This document shows positions 20,761 through 30,912 of a DNA stretch of 32,000 bases, piece after piece (position 1 is the stretch's first letter; every line of letters starts with the position of its first letter). The position numbers and the translations under genes were made by a program. The notes below the pieces were generated by a model. It had not been told where the DNA came from, did not search any database, and worked only from the letters and a program-made list of their open reading frames with translations. This DNA comes from Candidatus Saccharimonadota bacterium (GTDB lineage Bacteria > Bacillota_I > Bacilli_A > Mycoplasmatales > Hepatoplasmataceae), in contig NZ_CP006932.1 in the NCBI RefSeq assembly GCF_000582535.1, positions 330,001-362,000 on the forward strand, given 5' to 3'.

Positions 20761-21807
20761 TTATATATTTTTCTCTTTTTTTGCAATAAAAATTCCTAAA
20801 AAACCATAAAACAAAATGAATAAATAAGGAACCAAAATATAAGAAGACCACAATAAACATTTAAAACTAAACATCTGATATTTAAATAAAACTCATGTAC
20901 TAGGATCATTTACATCAATTATTAATTGATTATTAGGAAGACCTATTCCTGGAAGAAGTAATGTTGTATTACGATAATTATTAAAAAGCATATCATATTG
21001 TCCTCATTTTGTAATTCAATAATAAGGATTTATCATCTGCATAAAATTACGAAATGTAAATTTATAAAAATACTTATTTTGAATATTTAATGGATCATTA
21101 CGATTAAAATAAGGTTTAAATGTAACAATTTGACTATCTTGATTATAACTATATAAAATATCATTTGGATTGCTACTAGGTACTGGACCTAAAAAAGCAG
21201 AAATTTCTAAAGTACCGGAAAAAACAACAAATAAAACAAATAAAAAAATTGAAATTATCATAAATCTATTAAAAGTTTTACTTAAATTTTGGATTAAAAA
21301 AGCAAGAACAAAAGTAATTAGGAAAAAAATAATAAGATAATAGATAAAAATTCCTCATCGATAATCAGAAATGCTTCGAATATGATAATAATGATCAGGA
21401 GAATTTCAACCAGGAACTGACATTAAATCAAATTGAAGAAATAAATATGTAATAAAAAGAGTAACAGTAAAAGTAAAAATTACAACTATTATTAAATTCA
21501 AAAAGATCGGAAGATAAACATATATTTTATTATTATTAAATTTTTGTGTTATTAATATATAAAAATGTGATCTTCTAACATTAAAAAATAAAATTCCATA
21601 AAATATAAGAACATTAAATACAACAGAAAAAGCAAATACACTATCAATTACTAAATAAGAAGGCGTATTCGTAAAAAAAGAAATACAAAATAAAAAAGGA
21701 ATAAAAATTACTAATATATAAAATCAAAATGATAACATCATTTTTTTAAAATAGAGGTTAGTAAGATTTACTAAATTTATATTTTTTTCAAAATTAAAAT
21801 AATCCAT
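20761..21807 (-). CDS. paralogous 6-TM membrane protein, copy 2 (348 aa)
   Basis: I translated the full length. MDYFNFEKNINLVNLTNLYF...FNVRRSHFY...DYRWGIFIYY...SNPNDILYSYNQDSQIVTFKPYF...FTFRNFMQMINPYYWITKWGQYD...DPSTWVLFKYQMFSFKCLLWSSY... ending at TAA 20761-20763. It appears about 70% identical to copy 1 by eye. Confidence 0.85.
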
Positions 21808-21855
21808 TTTTTATAGTAAAATAATTATCTGAATAATTTGATTCCTTTTATTATT

Positions 21856-22899
21856 TTAATTATGATATATTTTCTTTACTTTCAAAATTATAATTCCTAA
21901 AAAACCATAAAATAAAATAAAAAAATAAGGAAGAAAAAGATAACAAGATCATAATAAACTCTTAAATGAAAACATTTGATATTTAAGTAAAACTCATGTA
22001 TTAGGATCACTTGCATTTATTATTAACTGATCATTTGGTAAACCAATTCCTGGAAGCATAATTGTTGTAATACGATAATTATCAATAAAAATATCAAATT
22101 GTCCTCATTTTGTAATTCAGTAATATGGATTTATCATCTCTAAAAAATTACGGAATGTAAATGTTCTAAAAAATTCTTTCTCAATAAAATAGGGATCATT
22201 ATAATCAAAATAAGGTTTAAAAGTAATAACTCGATTAACAGGATCATAACTATATAAAAGATCATCAGGATTATTACTAGGTACTGGATTTAAAAATATA
22301 GTTATTTCTAATACTCCCGAAAAAAAGAAAAAAAAGACAAATAAAAAAATTGAAATTAAAATATAACTATTAAAACTCCTACTTATCGCTTGAATTAAAA
22401 AAGCAAGCATAAAAGTAATAAAAAAAATAATTGCAATATAATAAATTAAAATCCCTCATCGATAATCCGAAATATCTTTTATTTCGTAATAATGATCTGC
22501 ATTAGTTCAATTTGCGATTGCCATCCAATCTAATTGCATAAAAATAAAAGTAATAAAAAGGGTAATTAAAAAAGTAATAATACTAACAATAATTAAATTT
22601 AAAAATAAAGGAATATAAATAAATAATTTACTTTTAAATTTTTGTTTTACTAATGGATAAAAATGTGATCTACGAAAATTAAAAAATAAGATTCCATAAA
22701 AAATTAAAACATTTAATACAATTGTAAATGCAAATATATCGTTAATTGTAAGAAAAGCTGGTAGGATTGTATAAAAAGAAATTGATATCATTAAAGGAAC
22801 AAAAATCAGAAAAATATAAAATCAAATTGATAAAACCATTTTATTAAAATAAAATGAAGTAAGATTTATTCAATTTATATTTCTACTATTTTTATTCAT
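21856..22899 (-). CDS. paralogous 6-TM membrane protein, copy 3 (347 aa)
   Basis: MNKNSRNINWINLTSFYF...FNFRRSHFY...DYRWGILIY...NNPDDLLYSYDPVNRVITFKPYF...FTFRNFLEMINPYYWITKWGQFD...DPNTWVLLKYQMFSFKSLLWSCY... ending at TAA 21856-21858. One frame, with only TGA interruptions. Confidence 0.85.
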
Positions 22900-22932
22900 C
22901 TAAGCTTTAAAATTTATTTCTATAATAATACT

Positions 22933-23988
22933 TTAATTATGATATATTTTTACTTTCTTTGTAATTATAATTCCTAAAATTCCGTAGAAAAAAACAAAAA
23001 TATAGGGAACAAAAATATAACTAGATCACAATCAATTTGTAAATGAAAACATTATATAATCATATTTTACTCATGTACTAGGATCATTAGGATTTATCGA
23101 TATTGGATCTATTCCAGGAAGTGTAAGTGATGTAGTTCGATAAAAATCAACAAAAATATCAAATTGCCCTCATGCTGTAAGATAATAATAAGGATTAAAC
23201 ATCTGAATAAATCGATAAACGGAAAAATCTGTAAAAAATCTTTTATCATAAAAATCTGGATCATTACGATCAAAATAAGGTTTAAAAGTAAGAACTTGTG
23301 TATTTTGATTGTAACTATATAAAAGATTATCTTCTGTTCCTTCTTTAAATCTTGGTGTATCAAATGCAGAAACTATTCCAAAAGTACCAGAAAAAAGAAT
23401 TTCAAGAATTATTATAAATAAGCAAAATAAAAGATATGTATTAAAATTATTACTTAAAGTTTGAATTAAAAAAGCAAGAGTAAAAGTAACTAAAAAAGTA
23501 ATTATTAAATAATAAATTAAAAGCCCTCAATCAAAATCTTTAATATCTTTTATTTGATAATAATAATTATCATTATATGTTCAAGTTTGCAAAAATAATC
23601 AGTCTAAACTTTCAAATATTGCAAAAAAGCAAATTGCAATAATTGTTGTAAATATTACAACAATTATTAAATTTAAAAAAATGGGAAAATAAATAAGAAT
23701 TTTTCGATCATTAAATTTCTGACTAATTAAAGGATAAAAGTGTGATCGATGAAAATTAAAAAATAAGATTCCATAAAAAAGCAAAACATTAAAAATTACA
23801 GAAAAAGTAATTACACTATCTATTACCAAAAAATCAGGAGTTTGTGTAAGGAAAGAAAAACAAAATAAAAAAGGAACAAGAATAACTAAAAAATAAAACC
23901 AAAAAGAAAAAAACAATTTTTTTAGAAAAAAAACTGTAATTTTATTTAAATCTAAATAATATAAAAAACTTGTTTTTTCTTTTCTCAT
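22933..23988 (-). CDS. paralogous 6-TM membrane protein, copy 4 (351 aa, most divergent)
   Basis: MRKEKTSFLYYLDLNKITVFF...FNFHRSHFY...DFDWGLLIYY...EDNLLYSYNQNTQVLTFKPYF...FSVYRFIQMFNPYYYLTAWGQFD...LPGIDPI...DPSTWVKYDYIMFSFTNWLWSSY... ending at TAA 22933-22935. The start lies 36 nt downstream of the nrdF stop. Confidence 0.85.
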
Positions 23989-24024
23989 CTTTACATCATA
24001 TATTAATTTTAAATTTCTTTTATT

Positions 24025-25008
24025 TTAAAAATCATCAAAATCCTCATCACTTAATTCATCATGAATAATAGGTTTAATATATCCATTTCCTTTAGTAGAG
24101 AAAAAATCATGAGTCTTTGTTTCTGTATCAAGTCCATTTAAAATAATTGGATTAATATCCTCATCAATTACATTAAAATAAGGTTCAAATCCAAAATTCA
24201 TAAGTGCTTTATCAGCATTATATTGAATAAATTTAATTACCTCATCAGCAAGATTAACTTTATTATAAAGATCTTTTGTATATTTAATTTCATTTTGATA
24301 AAGATCTAACATTAATTCATATACTTTTTTTGTTAATTTATCTTTTGTAGATTGATCAAATTTTTTGAAAATTTTTTGTGCTATTAAACCAACAAAAGTT
24401 CCATGAACAGATTCATCGCGAATAATAAGATTAATAATCTCTCCTGAACCTACTAATTTTCCTTGTCCAGAAAATCATAAAGGATAAAAGAAACCTGAAT
24501 AAAACAAAAAGGTTTCTAATAAAACTGATGTTGTGAGTGCAAAAAATAATTCTTCTTGATTATTTATCTTACGATAATAATAATCAACTTTATTTACTTT
24601 ATATTGTAAATATTTATTATTCTCTACTCAATTAAAAAGTTCATTAATTCTTTCGGAACTAGATAAAGTAGAAAAAATTGTAGAATATGATTTTGCATGC
24701 ATTTGTTCCATTGCTCCCATAAAAGAAAAAACTGCTTTTATATGTAAATCATCAATTTTTTCTAAAATAAGAGGCATTCCGACACCCCCTTGTTCTGTAT
24801 CTAATAAAGTAAGACCAGCTAATACTTTTTCATATGTATCTTTTTCTGCTTTTGTTAATTTATCTCAATGTTTACGGTCTTCTACTAATGAAATTTCTTC
24901 ATCTACTCAAAATTGTCTGATATTTTGATCTCAAAATAATTTTGTAAAACTATTTTCAATTTTATTTCAATTTATTGCTTTTATAATTTTTTCTTTTTTA
25001 TTAAGCAT
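24025..25008 (-). CDS. nrdF: class Ib ribonucleotide reductase beta subunit NrdF (327 aa)
   Basis: [39 protein letters not shown]...[18 protein letters not shown]...[22 protein letters not shown]...IIRDESVHG... with the acidic C-terminal tail SDEDFDDF. Fe/Mn-ligand EQMHA and RDESVHG motifs are present. It overlaps the nrdE stop by 8 nt. Confidence 0.93.
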
Positions 25009-27112
25009 GGCAAGTTTCACATTCCTCTATTTTTAAATTTCTTGTTCTTGTATAATATAAAGCTTTTAAACCTTTTCTATTTGCATAAAGATAATATTTT
25101 ACTAACTCTTTTGTTGAAATTGAACTATCAACATAAAGAATTGTTGATACACCTTGATCAATATGCTCTTGAATTGTAGCTACCATATCAATAATTTTTT
25201 TTTGATCCATATTGTAGGCAGTTTTATAAAATAAGATATTTTCTTTTTTTAAATAAGGCATCGGATAATAAGTAATTGAATTTGCATATGTTCTTGCTTC
25301 AATTATTGAAGTAATAGGCATCACTGATGGAGTTGCATTTGCAATATAAGCTGTTGATTGATTTGGTGCTACTGCTAAACGATAAGCATGATAAAGACCA
25401 TATTTTTTTACATTATTAGCCAATTCTTTTCAATCTTCAATTGTTGGTAATTTTATATCTTTAAATAATTCTTTGATTTTTTCTGATTTTGGTGAAAAAT
25501 CTTCTACAAAGTATTTTTTAAAATAATTACCATTTGCATACTCTGATTTATCAAAATCTTTAAATTGTTTTTTCTCTCTAATTGCAATTTCCATTGATTT
25601 TTTAATTGAATAAAAATTAACAGCACTAAAAAAAACACTTGCAAATTCTCTTGCTTCTCTTGCTTCATATCTTATTCTATTTTTTGCAAGATATCCGTGT
25701 AAATTTAAAGCTCCTAATCCAACAGCATGTAATTCTTTATTTGCTTTATCTATTCCAGGTGCAAATTTTAATTCACTAAGATCAGTAACTGAAGTTAATG
25801 CTTCCATTGCGATTGAAACTGTTTTTTCAATATCTTTATTTTCCATAATCTTTGCAATATTTAAAGAACCTAAATTACATAAAACATCTCTTTTAATTTG
25901 ATCTTTTTCTTCATAATTATTTATAATTGAAGTTTCTTGTAATTGAAATATCTCTGTACAAAGATTGCTCATTTTAATTTGACCAATTTCTTTTAAAGGA
26001 TGAACTTTATTTGCATTATCTTTATACATAATATAAGGATAGCCCGATTCAAGTTGTGTTTGGGCAATTTTTAAAAGTAATTTTCTTGCCGGAATATAAT
26101 TTTTACTAATTCTTTGATCTTTTTCTAATTTTTCATAATAATTATTAATATCAAGATCATCTAAATCTTTTTTATAATATTTTTTAACATCATGAGGAGA
26201 AAAAAGAGCCATAATTTTATTTTCTTTTGCAAGATTAAACATTTTATCACTAACAATAAGTCCTAAAGAAAGAAATTGAATTCGATGTTTTTCATCTGCA
26301 TTAATTTTTTTTGTATCTAAAAATTCCATTACATCTTTATGAAAAACATTTAAATAAGCTGCCCCTGCCCCATTTCTTTGATCTAGTTTATTAGCAAAAG
26401 AAAAACTATCTTCTAATAATTTTAAAATGGGCATTATTCCTGCTGTTATATTTCTAATTCCTCTTAAAGATGAACCTCTTGATCTTATTTTAGAAAGATT
26501 AACAGCAACTCCTCCACCAATTTTTGAAAGATGCATTGAAGTTCCTAAAATATAATTTATTGAATTTAAATTATCATCCATTTCTAATAAAAAACAAGAA
26601 ATCATTTCTCCTGAATTTATTCTTCCTGCATCTTGCATTGTTGGTGTTGCCGGTTGATAGCGACCATTTATAATTTCATCTGCAATTGCTTTTGCAATTT
26701 CATAATTACCACGACCAAGATATAAAGACAAAATTAAAACACGATCAAAATAATCTTCATAATTAATATTTTTATCAGTTGATTTTAATGTATATTCATT
26801 TAAAAATTTCTTTGCAGCCATATAAGAATCAAAAAGATGATTTGCTGATAGTAAAAAATTATAAAGATCATTAATATCTTGTTTTGAATATCATTTTAAA
26901 ACAATCGGATTATAAAGATTAAGATCAACTAAACTTTTTACTTTTTCATAGCCATTTTTTACAAATTGATAATTTTTATAAAAATTTGCAAGAAAAATGT
27001 CTCTTGCTATTTTATCTTTTTCTAATTGATAAAAATCTTCTTCTTTGTTTTTTAATTTTATTTGATTATTTAATTTAATATCAATTAAATGTTCGTGATA
27101 ATTAATTTCCAT
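25001..27112 (-). CDS. nrdE: class Ib ribonucleotide reductase alpha subunit NrdE (703 aa)
   Basis: Three track fragments (25001.., 25430.., 26891..) share one frame and are joined by TGA. Motifs: SCFLLEMDDNLNSI, NLCTEI, GLGALNLHGYLA, and the C-terminal ...CETCHA redox tail. Confidence 0.95.
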
Positions 27113-27467
27113 TTAGATACTCCAATATATTTTTTCTTAATTCTACAATCTGTGTTGTTGTTCCGGCCAATTCAATACTAGCAAAATATTTAACATCATA
27201 ATCTTTTGCAATTGTTTTTGCTGCTTTGCAATAACTCTGTCCTCAATTTCTATTCCCAGATCCAATTACACCAATCATATTTTTACTATTTTTTGTAAGA
27301 AAATCTTTAACTTCTGATTGAATTTGTCCAAAACCAACTGATGAAGCAATTAAAATATATTTATCATTAATAAATAAATCTTTTTTAATTTCTTGGCACT
27401 CAAATAAAGCAAGTTTATCTGCGATTTTTTTTGTATTTCCGGTCAATGAAAAATACACAAACTTCAT
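27102..27467 (-). CDS. nrdI: flavodoxin-like NrdI (121 aa)
   Basis: MKFVYFSLTGNTKKIADKL...YILIASSVGFGQIQSEVKDFL...IGVIGSGNRNWGQSYCKAAKTIAKDYDV...ELAGT. The TGA at 27243 is read as Trp. Stop is TAA 27102-27104, overlapping the nrdE start by 11 nt. Confidence 0.88.
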
Positions 27468-27544
27468 AATGTGTTTATATTACATCCTTTTTTTCTTTTG
27501 TTTCTCTAATAAATTTACTAAAAATTTAGATTATTATAATACTT

Positions 27545-29464
27545 TTATTTAAAATCTATTACGATAATTTTGTCTTTGATTATTCTTAACTTATAATCAC
27601 TTTTATCTTGAAAATATTTTTTAAAATTATTCTCTAAATATTTTTTTAATTCAGAGATATTTTTAATATTTATTGAATTTTCTTCTAAGATTTTACCTCT
27701 AATTTTGCCATTTATTTGTACAAGGTAAATCTTGTTTTGTTCTTTCTTTTTTATTGTATATTTTTTAGGTCAAGTTTGATTAAAAAAATTAATAATTTTT
27801 TTTTCTGTTAAAAAAGCAATTTCTTCTGATATATGTGGAGCATAACAAGATAAAATTTTAAGAAAAGAAATTCTTATATTTTTTGTAATATTTTTCTTTT
27901 TATAAAAAAAATTCACAAAAATCATCATTTCGGAAATAGCCGTATTAAATTTTAAATGTTCAAAATCTTTTTCAATTTTTATTAAAAATTTATTAAATTT
28001 TTCTTTCATTTCTTGATCTGCTTCTTTTACAATTTTTAAATTTGTTTCATCAACAAATAAGCGATAAACTCTTTGTAATCAATTATAAATACCATTAATT
28101 GATTCTTCTGATCAAGGTTTATCATCAGCAAGAGGACCCATAAACATTAAATAAACTCTTAATGTATCAGCTCCATATTTTTCTATTATTAGATCAGGAT
28201 TTATAATATTCCCTTTAGATTTGGACATTTTTTGTCCATTTGGACCTAAAATCATTCCTTGATTAAATAAACAAATAAATGGTTCTTTTACTTTTGTGAT
28301 CTTTTGATCATATAAAAATAAATGTCAAAATCTTGCATAAAGTAAGTGTAAAACTGCATGTTCTTGTCCTCCAATATAAAGATCAACTGGTAATCATTTA
28401 TTTATAATTTTTTTAGCTTCAATAGAATTTAAATCTAAATAAGTTTGATCATCTTTTTTTAATAAATACGCAATATAATATCAGCATGAACCAGCTCATT
28501 GTGGCATTGTATTTAAATCTCTTGTTCCTTTTTTACCATTTATTTCTACATTAATTCAATTTTTAGCATGACTTAGAGCAGGTTTTCCATCTTGATTAAA
28601 GTTGTAATTTTTAATATTTGGTAATTCAATTGGATATTCTTCTTCCGGAATTAAATAGATTTCTCCATTTTCAAAATGAATAATTGGAAATGGTTCCCCT
28701 CAATATCTTTGTCTCGCAAAAATTCAATCTTTTAAATGTAATTTATCAGTAAAATTATCATTATGATCTTTTAAATAAATTCAATTTTTTTGTAAATTTT
28801 TTACTGATTCTGGTCAATCGAGATATGATAATCCTTTAAATAAACGATCGGCATACTTTGTAATTTTAAGAACTCATTGTTTCATTTTTTTATTATAAAC
28901 AGGAAGTTCATCTCGTTCTGAAACTCGTTCTCCTTTTTTATTTAAAATTACTTCTTCATTCGCCAATACTGTATTTAAAGAAGGCGATCAATTAACATCT
29001 ATTTCTTTAAGTTCTGCTAATCCATTTTTATAAAGCATTGCAAAAATTACTTGTGTAATTTTAAAATAATTTTTATCAGTTGTATTTATTTCTTTTGTTC
29101 AATCAAAGCTAAATCCAAATTTTTTTAACTGATTACGAAAATTATTAATATTTTTATTAGTAAATTCAATAGGAGAGTTACCTGTTTTTATTGCATATTG
29201 TTCTGCAGGAAGGCCAAAAGCATCAAAACCAATCGGATGTAAAACTTCATATCCTTGCATTTTTTTCATTCTTGCAATGATATCTGTTGCTGTATATCCT
29301 TCAGGATGACCAACATGTAATCCAGCGCCAGAAGGATAAGGAAACATATCCAAAGTATAATATTTATTTTTTTTAGAATTTAAATTTGTATAAAAAATAT
29401 TATATTTATCTCAATGATTTTGTCATTTTTTTTCTATTAAAAGATGATCAAATTTTTTTTCCAT
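27545..29464 (-). CDS. leuS: leucyl-tRNA synthetase lacking the CP1 editing domain (639 aa)
   Basis: I translated it continuously in one frame. [24 protein letters not shown]...[19 protein letters not shown] (HIGH) ...[69 protein letters not shown]...[16 protein letters not shown]...KMSKSKGN... ending at TAA 27545-27547. It is about 160-200 aa shorter than canonical bacterial LeuRS. Confidence 0.93.
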
Positions 29465-29607
29465 ACTTTATCCTATTTTTTTATTTATCTAAATATCTTA
29501 GGATTTAATAAATGAAATTCTAAGAGATAAAGAGATTATATATAAATATATTATAATTTATAAAATTACAGTAAATAATTTAAAAAACTAAGGTTAAATT
29601 TATTCAA

Positions 29608-30912
29608 ATGGAAAAAACAATTAGTGGATACGACTACAAAAACCAGAAAATAAGAATTACAATCAGGAACGATAAAATTGCTAATATTGAGTATTTAGAT
29701 AAAAAAGATTATGTTGATGATTTTTTAATTATTCCTGGATTTATTGATATTCATACTTATGGTGGTTATGGTTTTGATTGATTAAGCGGAAAAAAAGAAT
29801 ATGCAATTAAATATTTAAAAGATGTGGCATTACATGAAGGAGTTACTTCTGTTGTTGGAACTTTACCAACAATTGATGTAAAAAGTTTAAGAGATTCACT
29901 AGAAAATATTTCAGATTTAATGAGAGAGAATGTAAATGGAGCAAATTTTTTGGGATGACATATCGAAGGACCTTTTATTAGTGAGGAAAAACCAGGCAGT
30001 TTTTTTGATAGATTATCTGTAAGAAAATTGACTTTCTATAATTTAGATAAATATTTTAATAATTATCTTCATACAATAAAAATTATGACTTTAGATCCAA
30101 AAGATGTTGATCAAGAAGTATTGGATATTTTAAATACAAATAAAATTAAAATTTTTGCCGGACATACAAAAGCAGAAAAAAAAGACATAATGGGAAAATC
30201 TATTAATGGAATAACACATTTTAATCATGCAATGATTAAACTTGGGGAAAAAAATGATAGTTTGGCAAAATATGGACTTAAGAATAAAAAAATATATATT
30301 GAATTTATAAATGATGGGATTCATAATAGTTTTCGAGAAACTAAAAAAATTTACAAGAAAAAAGATAAGAAACATTTAATATTAATTACTGATTCTTTAC
30401 ATGTAAAAGGATTAGAAGATGGAGAATATGTAATTTTTAATCGTTACTTTGAAAAAAAGGATGATGCAGTATATAATAACCATGGACAAATTGTTGGTTC
30501 TGTGCACACAATGCTTAATGCTTTTAAATATTGACGATTATTAGGAGCATCCCTTGAAAAATGTATTTATGCAACATCAACAAATGCTGCAGAATTATTA
30601 AATTTAAATAAAGGAAAAATAAAAAAAGGCTATGATGCTGATATTTTAATTTTAAATCGGAAAGATTTTGCAATTAAAAATGTTTATGTTGGAGGAAAAG
30701 AATTAGAAACAAAAAAAGAAAAAATAAAAAGAGAGGCAAAAGAAGAAGAAATTGAAAAACAACATAAAGAAGAAAAAGATGTTGAAAGTATCCCAATTAA
30801 AAAACTTTTAAGAGAATATTCAAAAGAAGAGAAAAAATTAACAGATCGAATTGAAAAAGAAAAAAAAGGAGAAAATATTAAAAAAGATCAAAAAGATGAA
30901 AATAATTCGTAG
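29608..30912 (+). CDS. nagA: N-acetylglucosamine-6-phosphate deacetylase NagA with a K/E-rich C-terminal tail (434 aa)
   Basis: MEKTISGYDY...IIPGFIDIHTYGGYGFDW...GWHIEGPFIS...FAGHTKA...ITHFNHAM...INDGIHN...LITDSLHVKG...GYDADILIL. These are the amidohydrolase NagA blocks, with TGA=Trp at 29779 and 30535. The first-metal HxH reads H-T-Y. Stop is TAG 30910-30912. Confidence 0.88.

Larger units (their letters stand above)
19665..23988 (-). repeat. 4x head-to-tail tandem array of gene-length units (period about 1.09-1.11 kb)
   Basis: Start codons fall at 20702, 21807, 22899 and 23988. The spacers are short (33-58 nt). Copies 1 and 2 share a 64-nt identical block (19902-19965 = 20998-21061) and further near-identical stretches. 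Confidence 0.9.

Noticed and set aside
23109-23363. The 84-aa minus-strand ORF, taken either as a gene or as evidence of a frameshift in paralogue copy 4
   Set aside because: It is a different frame from the copy-4 reading frame. The copy-4 frame translates without interruption (TGA=Trp) through this region and keeps all the family motifs (LLYSYNQ, TFKPYF, NPYYY, WGQFD).
19665-23988. CRISPR array, IS or transposon copies, or phase-variable surface lipoprotein genes as the explanation for the ~1.1-kb periodicity
   Set aside because: The units are gene-length, 50-70% identical coding paralogues, not short direct repeats with spacers. There is no transposase, no terminal inverted repeats, no conserved lipobox Cys, and no promoter or 5' simple-sequence repeat. 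The most conserved part is the predicted external loop.
30851-30895. Track start TTG 30851 (MKKKKKEKILKKIKK...) for the NagB-like gene
   Set aside because: The extra 15 residues are just the K-rich alternative frame of the NagA tail. NagB homology begins exactly at MKIIRSE (ATG 30896). The longer start cannot be excluded without N-terminal proteomics.
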